The notes beneath the pieces are model-generated. The model was given only the letters and a program-made list of their open reading frames with translations, ran no database searches and had not been told where the DNA came from. A stretch of 64,000 bases of DNA, taken from Candidatus Hodarchaeota archaeon (GTDB lineage Archaea; Asgardarchaeota; Lokiarchaeia; Sigyniarchaeales; SOKP01). Shown piece by piece: positions 54,377 to 64,000 of this stretch (position 1 is its first letter; the number at the start of each line of letters is the position of its first letter). The stretch spans positions 32,388 through 96,387 of the forward strand of contig JBHLJY010000001.1 of the NCBI GenBank assembly GCA_048887225.1. Reading direction: 5' to 3'. A program made the translations under genes and the position numbers.

Positions 54377-57133
54377 TTAATTAAGATACGAAGTTTTAAA
54401 GAAATATTTACCGGAGTTAATCTCTAAACATAAAGTTTTATTTTCATAACTCGAGATTTTAATTTCCTTAGATTCTTGAATGGGTTTTTCATTCTCATAA
54501 TTGTTTTCTACACTTTCAGCAGGCAAATATACAGTTGCGGTTGTATTAGTTGGAATTGAGACTTCAAGATTAAAGATCCTATTCTCAATGCTCCAATTTA
54601 TGATAATTTTACCATAAATGGATTCATAACAACCTTTAGCCCAGGTTAATGGATCACCTGGCATAGGTTTGATTATAATATGTTTATATCCAGGGCGATT
54701 CTCATCATAGTTAATACCTAAGATTACTCTAAAAATCCATTCGCCAACGGATCCAATCGAAAAATGATTAAATGAATTCATTTTTGTATCATAAAAGCCA
54801 CGTCCTTTCATAAAACTATCCCAATGTTCCCACATTGTCGTAGCACCTTGGTCAATCATAAAGAACCATGACGGAAATCGTCTACTAAACATTAACTTGT
54901 ATGCTTTTTCATAATAACCAGCCTTCGTTAACTCGAGCATCAATGGAAGAGTAGAAAAAAAACCTGTTGATAATCTCCCATCATATTTCTCAATTCCCTC
55001 CACCATTTTGCGTGCTAATTTAGGACGTAGATCTTCTGGTATTAGATTAAAGTGGAGTGCTAATGCATAACCTGCTTGTGTATCTCCTGTTATTCGACCA
55101 GTTTCTTTAACATACCTCTTAGTAAATTTATCTCTAATTTGTTTTGCTAAATTCGAATATATAATAGAATCTTCTTTTAAACCAAGTACACTAGCCATCT
55201 TGGATAATATACTGGTGGAATTGGCAAAATAAGCTGTTGCAAATATTCGAAAAGGAATTGTTGCACCAGTTCTCGGGTAATCTTCTGAGATAATAGTATC
55301 TCCATTCAACCAATCACCATAATGCATTCCAGTAGATCTTAGCCAGAGTAAAGACTTATTTCTTGAATGTATAAAGTCTACGAATTTTTTTGCTGAATTA
55401 TAATGCATTTTAATAATTCGCTTATCTTTATAATTTAAATATAATTTCCACGGTAAAATTAAACCACAATCCGACCAAGCAGCAGCACCAAATTGTTCAT
55501 TAGTGATTTCCTTATATACAGGTGGATATGGAACATAAATAGGAAACATTCCATCTTCTCTTTGGCAATCCCTAATATCCTGTATCCATTTTGTATAAAA
55601 TGCTCCCATATCCATATTATAAATAGATGTCTGGCAAAACACTTGAGCATCACCCATCCAACCCATTCTCTCGTCTCTTTGAGGGCAATCTGTAGGTATA
55701 CTTATAAGATTATCTCGCTGTGTCCATAATATATTGTTCCATAAGTTATTAAGAGTAGCATCGGAGCTTTCAAATTCTCCAACAATTTTACAATCAGAAC
55801 TAATAACGCAACCTGTAAGGAAATTAAGATCAGGTTTTATACCCATTCTTAATCCAGTAACTTCAACATATTGAAACCCGTGATAAGTAAAATGTGGATT
55901 GAATTCCCTTGTGTTATTTCCATTAAGAATAAACTTATCAATTGCTTTAGCATCTCGTAAATTATCTACATAAAGCGTTCCATCTTCATTGAGCATTTCT
56001 GCGTGCCTTAAGGTAATTGTAGCGTCAGGCTCGCATAATGAGCTATTTACTCTAATTTTACACCAACCAGCAATATTTTGTCCCAAGTCAAATATAAAAA
56101 TTCCTGGTTTTATCTCATTTATAGAAACAGGAGTAATTTCCTTTACAATTCTAATCGGTTCATTCAACTGTGCAACAAGGTCAATATTTATTGACTCATC
56201 AACTATTACATTTGACCAATTTAAATCATTGTATCTTGGAGCATTCCATCCAGGCTTCTCTTTTCTAACATCGTAGATTTCGCCAATAAAATGATCGGAC
56301 ATGCGTATAGGGCTTTCTTCGGATATTTTCCAATCCGATTCTGAAAGAATTTCTTTAATAGAACCATCAGATAATTCTACTGACATTTGTAAAATTAAAC
56401 GAAGATTATCTCCATAACAAGTATGAGGAATATCACTACCAGGACCAAGATTTCCCCTATACCAACCATCTCCAAGAACTGCCCCTATTACATTTTCTCC
56501 TTTATTTATAAAATTACTCACTTCATATGTTTGATACTGAACTCTTTTAGTGTAATCAGTCCATTCTGGTGCTAAAATGTGATCTCCAATACGTTTTCCA
56601 TTTAGGAAAAGTTCATAATGCCCTAATGCGGTAACATAAATAAATGCTTTTTTAATGGGACTTTCAAGTGAGAAGGATTTGCGAATAAGTGGTGAGGTAT
56701 AATATTTACGCTCTCGATCCTCAATATTTATTGGTTCCTTAATAGGGGGCAAGCCAATCCACTTTGCCTTCCAATCTGAAGCATAAAGCAAACCCATTGT
56801 CCACATTGCCGATTGGCTCCACTCTGATGGAATCTCATTTTTATTCCATACCATTACTTTCCAATAGCAACACATCTCAGACTTGAGTGGCGTTCCATCA
56901 TAGCTTATATGGTTTGTTTGGTTAGACAAAACTTTTTCAGTATCCCATAAATCTCCTTTATTTTTATCCAATAAATCCTTTTTGCTTGATACTAGAATTC
57001 GATAAGCTGTTTGATATTGACCACGTTCATCTGAATCTATAATCCAACTTAGGCGTGGAGTCTTTACATCTATACCTAATGGATTTACTAGATATTCACA
57101 CCTTAAATTATTTATAACTAAAGAAGAGGGCAT
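54377..57133 (-). CDS. Alpha-L-rhamnosidase (glycoside hydrolase family 78)
   Basis: NLRCEYLVNPLGIDVKTPRLSWIIDSDERGQYQTAYRILVSS N-terminus and the six-hairpin catalytic region (PTDCPQRDERMGWMGDAQVF, TMWEHW). 918 aa. Confidence 0.85.
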   Translation of the reverse strand: MPSSLVINNLRCEYLVNPLGIDVKTPRLSWIIDSDERGQYQTAYRILVSSKKDLLDKNKGDLWDTEKVLSNQTNHISYDGTPLKSEMCCYWKVMVWNKNEIPSEWSQSAMWTMGLLYASDWKAKWIGLPPIKEPINIEDRERKYYTSPLIRKSFSLESPIKKAFIYVTALGHYELFLNGKRIGDHILAPEWTDYTKRVQYQTYEVSNFINKGENVIGAVLGDGWYRGNLGPGSDIPHTCYGDNLRLILQMSVELSDGSIKEILSESDWKISEESPIRMSDHFIGEIYDVRKEKPGWNAPRYNDLNWSNVIVDESINIDLVAQLNEPIRIVKEITPVSINEIKPGIFIFDLGQNIAGWCKIRVNSSLCEPDATITLRHAEMLNEDGTLYVDNLRDAKAIDKFILNGNNTREFNPHFTYHGFQYVEVTGLRMGIKPDLNFLTGCVISSDCKIVGEFESSDATLNNLWNNILWTQRDNLISIPTDCPQRDERMGWMGDAQVFCQTSIYNMDMGAFYTKWIQDIRDCQREDGMFPIYVPYPPVYKEITNEQFGAAAWSDCGLILPWKLYLNYKDKRIIKMHYNSAKKFVDFIHSRNKSLLWLRSTGMHYGDWLNGDTIISEDYPRTGATIPFRIFATAYFANSTSILSKMASVLGLKEDSIIYSNLAKQIRDKFTKRYVKETGRITGDTQAGYALALHFNLIPEDLRPKLARKMVEGIEKYDGRLSTGFFSTLPLMLELTKAGYYEKAYKLMFSRRFPSWFFMIDQGATTMWEHWDSFMKGRGFYDTKMNSFNHFSIGSVGEWIFRVILGINYDENRPGYKHIIIKPMPGDPLTWAKGCYESIYGKIIINWSIENRIFNLEVSIPTNTTATVYLPAESVENNYENEKPIQESKEIKISSYENKTLCLEINSGKYFFKTSYLN

Positions 57134-57205
57134 TTACTTCAGTTCATTTAAAATTAAAATTTAATAAAACCTACTTATACATCCACATATTTATAGTTAT
57201 TTGAT

Positions 57206-57841
57206 TTAGTTTTTACGTTTCATAAAGGCATAATTTGCTAAATGCGAAATGGGTTTTCCTCTAATTTCTATTGTTTTTAATATTTCTATATTGAAGAAAG
57301 AACTAAAAAGTTCTTTTAGTTCATTTTCGGATGAAAAGTACAAAATAGTACCCAAAGGGGTTTTTCTATATTTCCTTTGGCTTCCAAAACATGGATCTTT
57401 GTCGCTAAAACTAACAGATAGATATATCCCCTCTGGATTAAGTAAATTATATACATTTTTAATGTAAATTTCCCTTTTTTCGGGAAAAATATGGTGCAAC
57501 ACTTCCCAATCATAAGCAAAATCATAGTTTTGCTTGAGTTCGTTTAAATCAGCAAGAACATCAGCAACAAGAAAATTGCATTTCACTTTTTTTTCATCGG
57601 CATTTCTTTTAGCAATTTTTATAGCAGCAGGGGAAATATCAATTCCCGTAACAGTAAATCCTTTACGTGCGAGATATATTGCATAATTACCGGTACCACA
57701 ACCTAAATCAATAGTTTTACAAGGTTTTATCTTGCCACTATTAATAAGTTCAATTAAAATGGCTGGTGGAGTCTCATATATCCAAGGAATTTTTTTTAAG
57801 GGTATTTCTTTGTATACTCTATTAATATCATCCTGCTGCAT
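57206..57841 (-). CDS. Class I SAM-dependent methyltransferase
   Basis: Motif I TIDLGCGTGNYAIYLA, post-I VTGIDISPAAI, and LLNPEGIYL. Confidence 0.8.
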   Translation of the reverse strand: MQQDDINRVYKEIPLKKIPWIYETPPAILIELINSGKIKPCKTIDLGCGTGNYAIYLARKGFTVTGIDISPAAIKIAKRNADEKKVKCNFLVADVLADLNELKQNYDFAYDWEVLHHIFPEKREIYIKNVYNLLNPEGIYLSVSFSDKDPCFGSQRKYRKTPLGTILYFSSENELKELFSSFFNIEILKTIEIRGKPISHLANYAFMKRKN

Positions 57842-57941
57842 TAAAAACTCTCTAATCTCAAAATTTCTTAATAATTATAAACTAAAATAAATAAAATAAT
57901 CTTAATCTTTTTAGTTATTAAAATTTAATTAGAGCTTAAAA

Positions 57942-59012
57942 ATGGTAAAAAATTACAATAAAACTCCTAAAATAAAGGAAGGATGGTCGGGACCTGGTCG
58001 TCGTGATGAAGTAATAACATCTTTCAAACCTGAATATGATGGTTTACATATTGACTTGAAAAAGAAAGGCTATTTTGAGTGGTGGTATTTTGACGCTCGT
58101 CTTGAAGGAGGTTATACAGTAGTAGGATTTTTTCGAGCAGCTCATGAGCGAACTGGTAAAACAGCAGTCGAAATCGTAATATATAAGCCTAATGGAGAAA
58201 GAATGCAAAAATTTGTTAAATATAAACGATCAGATATGACTGTTTCTCGTGAGAAGGCGGATATGAATATAGGCCATAATTATATAAAAGTTGATTATTC
58301 AAGCGCAGATCTACCTATTTATGAAGTTTTTTTAGACGAGGATGGTTTAGGGTTTCATTTGAAATTTGCTGCTAAAGTTCATGGTTGGATGCCTGGAAAT
58401 GGAAGCACACAATTTGGAAATAAGGGTTATTTTGCTTGGTGTGTGCCTTTTCCTAGAGCCGATGTAGAAGGAAATATTTGGATTGGCAAAAATAACATGC
58501 CTGTAAAGGGAATTGGTTATCATGACCATAATTGGGGCAATATTAATATGCCTAGATATTTAGAGTATTGGTATTGGGGACGCTTATACTCTGAGACTTT
58601 TACAGTGGTCTATGCATATATAAAATGCAACAAAAAAATGGATGATTATGCAATAAAAGTGCTCATGCTTGCGAAAAATGAGGAGATTATTCTCAGTACG
58701 GGTGAATATGAGCTCATACAGAAAAATTTTGCTTATGATGCTAAAGCTGCTAATAAATATCCAAAATCTTTAACATTCAAAATGGATAAGCAACTAGAGA
58801 TTTATCTTCATGTCCAAGAAATTATCGATTCTGGAAATATTTTAGAACTCTTTAATATAAACTCTGTTATACGTTTTATTGTGAAATATATTTTGAGACT
58901 TAATCCTGGCTATTTTAGATTCAATTCTAACTTCAAATTAAATGTAACTCTTGAAGGAAAGTCTTATCAAGAGCAAGGAAATATTCTCCATGAAATGGTT
59001 ATTTTAAGTTAA
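57942..59012 (+). CDS. CrtC/AttH-like (hydroxyneurosporene synthase family) beta-barrel protein
   Basis: GYFEWWYFDARLEGGYTVVGFF signature and HDHNWGN later in the sequence. Confidence 0.55.
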   Translation: MVKNYNKTPKIKEGWSGPGRRDEVITSFKPEYDGLHIDLKKKGYFEWWYFDARLEGGYTVVGFFRAAHERTGKTAVEIVIYKPNGERMQKFVKYKRSDMTVSREKADMNIGHNYIKVDYSSADLPIYEVFLDEDGLGFHLKFAAKVHGWMPGNGSTQFGNKGYFAWCVPFPRADVEGNIWIGKNNMPVKGIGYHDHNWGNINMPRYLEYWYWGRLYSETFTVVYAYIKCNKKMDDYAIKVLMLAKNEEIILSTGEYELIQKNFAYDAKAANKYPKSLTFKMDKQLEIYLHVQEIIDSGNILELFNINSVIRFIVKYILRLNPGYFRFNSNFKLNVTLEGKSYQEQGNILHEMVILS

Positions 59013-59031
59013 AAATTATCTCAATTCTTTC

Positions 59032-60246
59032 TTAGATTTTCTCAATGATAGTAGCAACACCTTGACCGCCGCCTACGCAAGCAGTAGCAAGACCATATCT
59101 TCCATCTTCAACTTGTAGAATACGTGCGAGTGTTCCAATCAATCTTACTCCAGTTGCCCCAAGAGGATGTCCAAGAGCTATTGCCCCTCCCTTTATATTA
59201 ACCTTCTCATATGGAATATTAAGGATTTTACACGCGTATAAAGGAACAATTGCAAAGGCTTCATTTATTTCCCAGAAATCTATATCACCAACTTGCAATC
59301 CTCCTCTTTGAAGGGCTTTTTTGCTAGCTGGAACTGGTCCACTTCCCATAATACCTGGATTAACACCTGCCCACGCCATTGATAGGATCTTAGCTATCGG
59401 TTTGATTCCCAATTCTTCGGCACGAGCTCTTGACATTAGAACGCAACAACCTGCTCCTGTATTTAACGGTGAACTATTTCCAGCAGTAATTTGCGGATCT
59501 TTGTTAATACTTTTCGAAACCAAACGGAGTTTGCTCATAATCTCCAATGTAGATCCAGCACGCATAGATTGATCATATTTAATAATTTTTTTAGTGCCAT
59601 CTGGGAGAGCACCCTCAATTGGAAGGATTTCTTCATCAAAAAATCCTTCATCCCGCGCTTTTATTGCTCTCTCGTGAGAAATGAGGCTCCACTGATCCAT
59701 ATCTGTCCTTGTTATATCTGGATTTTGCTCCCATAATTGTTGAGCTGTTTGAATCATAGAGAATCCCGTATTTAAATCATATTTGACATGATTTGGAAAT
59801 TTTTCTTTATCCCCAAGTTCCGTATGGCGAATCGTTAAATCGGTTCCGCGAGGAATTCGTGTCATATGTTCCATTCCACCAGCAATAATTATTTCAGAAT
59901 TTCCCGTCATTATCTCCATTGCGCCCATATGTACGCTTGACATGCTTGATGCGCATTGTCTATCCAAGCCTATAGCTGCTATTGTTTCAGGAAGTTCTGC
60001 TAAAAATATTATATGTCGTCCCCCATAGAGAAAATTTTCTTTAACTTGGTTAGCACACCCTATTATAATTTCGTCAATTTCAGAGGAATCGAACTTTGAA
60101 CGCGCTACTATTTCTTTAATTACTATAGCTAATAATTTATCAGCAGGAATCTCGTGGAAAATATCCCGCTCAGGTTCAGCAGGTCTACTTCGGGATATTG
60201 GAGTCCGCAAATAATCTACCATTACGACTTCTCTTAATTCTGACAT
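59032..60246 (-). CDS. Acetyl-CoA C-acyltransferase (thiolase, bacterial/eukaryotic type)
   Basis: VVMVDYLRTPISRS, active-site LDRQCASSM, NEAFA, GGAIALGHPLGATG and ACVGGGQG motifs. Confidence 0.85.
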   Translation of the reverse strand: MSELREVVMVDYLRTPISRSRPAEPERDIFHEIPADKLLAIVIKEIVARSKFDSSEIDEIIIGCANQVKENFLYGGRHIIFLAELPETIAAIGLDRQCASSMSSVHMGAMEIMTGNSEIIIAGGMEHMTRIPRGTDLTIRHTELGDKEKFPNHVKYDLNTGFSMIQTAQQLWEQNPDITRTDMDQWSLISHERAIKARDEGFFDEEILPIEGALPDGTKKIIKYDQSMRAGSTLEIMSKLRLVSKSINKDPQITAGNSSPLNTGAGCCVLMSRARAEELGIKPIAKILSMAWAGVNPGIMGSGPVPASKKALQRGGLQVGDIDFWEINEAFAIVPLYACKILNIPYEKVNIKGGAIALGHPLGATGVRLIGTLARILQVEDGRYGLATACVGGGQGVATIIEKI

Positions 60247-60372
60247 TTTTTGATCACATCTGTTTATTATTGATTTTAAAGGAAATTTTAACTATAATAA
60301 TAATTATATTTCATTAAAATTCTATAAATAATTGACTATTATCAAAAAACTTAGCAAAAATTTGTGTTTATT

Positions 60373-61596
60373 ATGGAAAAAGTTGCTATTATTGGGGTAG
60401 GACATACAAAATTCGGTAGATTAGATGGTAAAGATTTATTGGATTTATTATGCGATGCTTCATTAGAAGCTATTGAAAATTCAAACACAAACGATAAAGA
60501 ATTTGGTTCTGTTTATGTAGGTGCTATGTGTCCCGAAATTTTAAGCCATATGACAGGAATAGCCAGTGCATTGGTGGATAGACTCAGTTTAATTCCTGCC
60601 GCTGCTGATCACATAAAAAATGGACCTGCCAGTGGTGGTTCTGCTGTAAAAGCGGGTTTCCAAGCAATTGCCTCGGGGATGAGTGATATAGTCTTAGTTG
60701 TTGGTGGTGAGAAAATGACCCATATTAAAACTCCTGGATTTATTACCTCGACTATCGCGACTATTACTCATCACCAAGCAGAGCGTCGTCATGGAATCTC
60801 ACTGCCATCCTTAGCAGGGCTTTTAACCCGCGTCTATCTTAAAAAATATAATGCAAAATTGGAGTGGCTTTCAGATATTGCTATTAAAAATCATAAGAAT
60901 GGAGAATTAAACCCAAATGCACATTTTCAAAGAAGCATTCATAGTTTCATGGAAAGTGCCATTCAAAAAGGAAAGGGCCAATGGGAAAATGTCTACGAAT
61001 TTCTTGAAGATAATAAGACCAATCCAATAATAGCTGATCCATTAAGATTATTTCATGCTTGTCCCATCTCTGATGGAGCTGCGGCTCTCGTATTATCTAA
61101 TGCTAATATCGCTAAAAAACATTGCGACAGTCCTGTTTTAATTTCGGGAATTGGACAAGCAACTGATACACAAATATCTTATGAACGAGACGATATTACT
61201 GTCTTAAAAGCTTTAAAGATTTGCTCTAATCAAGCTTACAAGATGGCAAAAAAGAGTCCCAATGATATTAATGTTGCGGAACTTCATGATGCATTCGAAA
61301 TTCTTGAAGCTGTACAAAGCGAAGATATTGGATTTTTCAATAAAGGAGAAGGAGCAAAAGCCGCTCATGAAGGTTTAACAGAAATAGGCGGAAAAATACC
61401 TATCAACCCTTCAGGCGGTTTAAAAGCAAGAGGTCACCCACTTGGGGCAACTGGAGTGGCTCAAGTTGTAGAATTAGTATTGCAATTACGAGGGGACGCA
61501 GGCAAACGGCAAGTCGCAGATGCAAAAACTGGTATCACCTGCAATTTTGGAGGATTTGGGAATAATATTTTATCGATTTTGGTCGAGAGGATGTGA
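60373..61596 (+). CDS. Thiolase-domain protein (archaeal/SCP-x type acetoacetyl-CoA thiolase)
   Basis: MEKVAIIGVGHTKFGR, ACPISDGAAALVL, NPSGGLKARGHPLGATG and CNFGGFG. ATG at 60373 (GTG at 60364 is an alternative). Confidence 0.8.
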   Translation: MEKVAIIGVGHTKFGRLDGKDLLDLLCDASLEAIENSNTNDKEFGSVYVGAMCPEILSHMTGIASALVDRLSLIPAAADHIKNGPASGGSAVKAGFQAIASGMSDIVLVVGGEKMTHIKTPGFITSTIATITHHQAERRHGISLPSLAGLLTRVYLKKYNAKLEWLSDIAIKNHKNGELNPNAHFQRSIHSFMESAIQKGKGQWENVYEFLEDNKTNPIIADPLRLFHACPISDGAAALVLSNANIAKKHCDSPVLISGIGQATDTQISYERDDITVLKALKICSNQAYKMAKKSPNDINVAELHDAFEILEAVQSEDIGFFNKGEGAKAAHEGLTEIGGKIPINPSGGLKARGHPLGATGVAQVVELVLQLRGDAGKRQVADAKTGITCNFGGFGNNILSILVERM

Positions 61597-61955
61597 GATC
61601 AATGGACTATGAAGAAGAAATAGTATGGAAAAAATGTAAAAAATGTGGATTTTTACAATATCCAACACATTTAAGATGTTTAAAATGTAAAAATAGGGAA
61701 TTTACTCAGTTAAAAGCCTCAGGTGTATGCAAATTATTGACTTATACTATTTTAAATGCACCTCCCGCAGAATTTAAAGAACAAAAATCACTTGCGCTAG
61801 GAATTGTAGAATTCGAAAATGGAATAAGGGCATTAGGACAAATTGCTATAAGAGATAATCTTGAAATTGGAATGAAATTAAAACCTATATATAAAAAAAT
61901 TTGTGAAAATTTGGATGATAATGAAGTATATGCTCATATTTTTGAACCAATTTAA
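61593..61955 (+). CDS. DUF35 OB-fold/zinc-ribbon protein (thiolase-associated)
   Basis: CKKCGFLQYPTHLRCLKCKN rubredoxin-like ribbon followed by an OB-like region. GTG 61593 overlaps the thiolase stop (ATGTGA); ATG 61602 is an alternative start. Confidence 0.8.
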   Translation: MRSMDYEEEIVWKKCKKCGFLQYPTHLRCLKCKNREFTQLKASGVCKLLTYTILNAPPAEFKEQKSLALGIVEFENGIRALGQIAIRDNLEIGMKLKPIYKKICENLDDNEVYAHIFEPI

Positions 61956-61982
61956 TAAATTAAAAAGGAGGATAAAATTGTT

Positions 61983-63659
61983 ATGTTTTCTTATGAAGAA
62001 TTAAAAAAAATTAAAGGTAAACGGCAAGAATGGGAAGAAAAAATTTTGACTAAATTTATAGAGCGGGGCGAAAGAAAAGAAAAATTCGAGACCCCCTCAG
62101 GAATTCACTTAAAACAAGTATATGGACCAGAAGATATTGATTATATCAATTATTTAGAAGATCTTGGATTTCCAGGAAATCCACCATTCACCCGAGGTGT
62201 TTATCCAAACATGTATCGCGGTAGAATTTGGACGATGAGGCAATATGGTGGCTTTGGAGATGCTACCCAAACTAATGAAAGGTTCAAATATTTAATATCA
62301 CAAGGGCAAAAAGGACTCTCCATAGCATTTGATTTACCAACTCAAATGGGATATAATTCAGATAATAATATTTGTTTGGGTGAAGTAGGCAGAGTTGGAG
62401 TTACAGTTAATTCATTAAAGGATTTTGAAAAAGTTTTTGAAGGAATTCCTTTAGATAAAGTATCAACAAGTATGACAATAAACGCGCCAACTTCTATTCT
62501 TTTAGCAATGTACATCGCAGTTGGAGAGACACAAGGTATTTCTCCTGAACAATTAATAGGTACAGTTCAAAATGATATTTTAAAGGAATATGTTGCTCGA
62601 GGAACTTATATATTTCCTCCTAAACCCTCCTTAAGGTTAATGGCAGATGTTATTGAATATTGTTCGAAATATTTGCCAAGATTTAACACAATAAGTATAA
62701 GTGGATATCATATGCGTGAAGCGGGAGCTAATGCTATTCAAGAGATTGCTTTTACGATAGCTGACGGTATTGCGTATGTTGAGGAGGTTCTTAAGCGTGG
62801 AATTGATATAGATGATTTTGCACCGAGATTATCATTCTTTTTTACAACTCATAATTATTTTTTTGAAGAAATTGCGAAATTAAGGGCTGCAAGAAGGTTA
62901 TGGGCTAAAATTATGAGAGAGAGATTTAATGCCAAGAACCCAAATTCATTAAGATTAAGATTTCATACTCAAACCGCTGGTGTAACACTAACTGCGCAAC
63001 AACCACAAGTAAATATAATCCGTGTTGCGCTTCAAGCTTTAGCAGCAGTTCTTGGTGGTACACAATCGCTACATACTTGTGGAGCAGATGAAGCTTTAGC
63101 TATACCAACTGAAGACTCCGTTAGATTATCGCTAAGAACCCAGCAAGTTCTTGCATATGAATCAGGAGTGACTGAGGTTGTAGATCCACTTGGAGGGTCA
63201 TACTTCGTGGAATACTTAACAACGGAATTAGAAAAAAAAACTATAGAATATATTGAAAAAATAGATAAGATGGGTGGTATGGCAATAGCCATTGAAGAGG
63301 GTTACATTCAGAAGGAAATTCAAAATAGTGCTTATTTGTACCAAAAAAGAATAGAAGATTCCGTTGAAAAAGTGATAGGTGTTAATAAATTTTGTACAGA
63401 TGAAGAATGTAAAATAAATACATTCAAACGTGATGAGAATGTTGAAAAAAAGATTATAGAATCTTTAAAATCTGTAAAAAAAGATAGAGATGAAAAATTG
63501 GTTCAAGAAAAACTAACTGAATTGAAGAAAATTGCACAATCATCAGAAAATATAATGCCAATAATGATTGAAACTGTCAAAACCTATGCCACAATTCAAG
63601 AGATTTGCGACCTCTTAAGAGAAGCATTTGGGGAATACCGAAGCCTTCAGATTTTTTAG
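61983..63659 (+). CDS. Methylmalonyl-CoA mutase family, large catalytic (substrate-binding TIM-barrel) subunit
   Basis: PPFTRGVYPNMYRGRIWTMRQYGGFGDATQTNERFKYLISQGQKGLSIAFDLPTQMGY, HTQTAG and SLHTCGADEALAIPTE. No B12-binding domain in this ORF or adjacent to it. Confidence 0.85.
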   Translation: MFSYEELKKIKGKRQEWEEKILTKFIERGERKEKFETPSGIHLKQVYGPEDIDYINYLEDLGFPGNPPFTRGVYPNMYRGRIWTMRQYGGFGDATQTNERFKYLISQGQKGLSIAFDLPTQMGYNSDNNICLGEVGRVGVTVNSLKDFEKVFEGIPLDKVSTSMTINAPTSILLAMYIAVGETQGISPEQLIGTVQNDILKEYVARGTYIFPPKPSLRLMADVIEYCSKYLPRFNTISISGYHMREAGANAIQEIAFTIADGIAYVEEVLKRGIDIDDFAPRLSFFFTTHNYFFEEIAKLRAARRLWAKIMRERFNAKNPNSLRLRFHTQTAGVTLTAQQPQVNIIRVALQALAAVLGGTQSLHTCGADEALAIPTEDSVRLSLRTQQVLAYESGVTEVVDPLGGSYFVEYLTTELEKKTIEYIEKIDKMGGMAIAIEEGYIQKEIQNSAYLYQKRIEDSVEKVIGVNKFCTDEECKINTFKRDENVEKKIIESLKSVKKDRDEKLVQEKLTELKKIAQSSENIMPIMIETVKTYATIQEICDLLREAFGEYRSLQIF

Positions 63660-63666
63660 TATCTCC

Positions 63667-64000
63667 TTAATTTTTTATCTTTCTCGTATATTTTGAGATT
63701 TTTACTAATAAAGGTAGAAATTCAAGCGGATCTCCAAATACGGGAACTTTTCTTTCAGATAGTTTTTTAAAAAGTCTCTCCCAATCTTCAGGACAATTAA
63801 TTCGCTTTAGGATTGGAATTAATGGTTTTCTATGTTTATGACCTAAGGTTAGAGCCTCAATCATTTCATTTTCATAGGATTGATTTAATCTAGTTCTAAA
63901 AGATAAATCGCTATTAAAATAAAAACTCGGTAAATCTACTATCATTCCATCAATATTTCTGTCAGTTAACGCTAAATTAATAATATTATAAAAAGTTTCA
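63667..64000 (-). CDS. C-terminal part of an ADP-forming acyl-CoA synthetase-like / CoA-ligase-domain protein (5' end beyond window)
   Basis: The frame stays open from the listed Met (63945) to the window edge (ETFYNIINLALTDRNIDGMIVDLP...). The NIDGMIV ... KPLIPIL ... KVPVFGDPLEF pattern resembles the ligase-CoA domain of ACD alpha subunits. Tentative. Confidence 0.45.
   Translation of the reverse strand, partial: ETFYNIINLALTDRNIDGMIVDLPSFYFNSDLSFRTRLNQSYENEMIEALTLGHKHRKPLIPILKRINCPEDWERLFKKLSERKVPVFGDPLEFLPLLVKISKYTRKIKN

Noticed and set aside
1-64000. CRISPR arrays, rRNA genes, transposases, prophage or toxin-antitoxin-type defence cassettes
   Set aside because: I found no regularly spaced direct repeats, no rRNA-like GC-rich conserved blocks, and no ORFs with integrase, transposase, Cas or typical defence-domain motifs. 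The only nucleotide-level repeats I found are coding repeats (24170-25843, 10171-12666) and the Ubl module duplication.

Overview
Strongly AT-rich archaeal chromosome segment, densely coded on both strands. It holds about 60 protein genes and one tRNA, with no rRNA, CRISPR array, transposase or integrase that I can see. Archaeal hallmarks are an HMf-type histone, an Sm-like protein, a tungsten-type aldehyde:ferredoxin oxidoreductase, a tRNA without encoded CCA, and thiolase+DUF35. Alongside these sit eukaryote-signature genes: a consensus RING-H2 finger protein, and a roadblock-domain/Rab-like small GTPase fusion. That mix suggests an Asgard (Lokiarchaeia-like) genome; this is inference, with no search run. 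The remaining content is metabolic: GH3 and GH78 glycosidases, MFS/GPH transporters, thiC-thiD, an IPMDH-family dehydrogenase, Fe-ADH, AOR, a GlcDEF-like FAD/Fe-S oxidase operon, Lpd, MOFRL glycerate kinase, rubrerythrin, thiolases, methylmalonyl-CoA mutase, and acetoacetyl-CoA synthetase. Most interesting observations: (1) a tandemly duplicated two-domain ubiquitin-like (beta-grasp) module at 28.8-30.0 kb. One copy is split into overlapping genes ending in Gly-Gly, while the other is fused and lost its tail exactly at the duplication junction. (2) An in-frame 30-nt insert carrying a TAA stop inside the conserved WMMWNW motif of acetoacetyl-CoA synthetase. It is bounded by identical ATG codons, with the stop inside a small hairpin, so it could be a split gene, a pseudogene or a translational-bypass candidate. 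(3) A divergent pair of RING-H2/TPR protein and roadblock-GTPase-pseudoGTPase protein. (4) An 8-blade repeat surface protein, a permuted and split PEP-utilising kinase, a start-codon or frameshift anomaly, and two unlisted zinc-ribbon mini-ORFs. All functional calls rest on motif recognition by eye. No database search, structure prediction or RNA folding was run.
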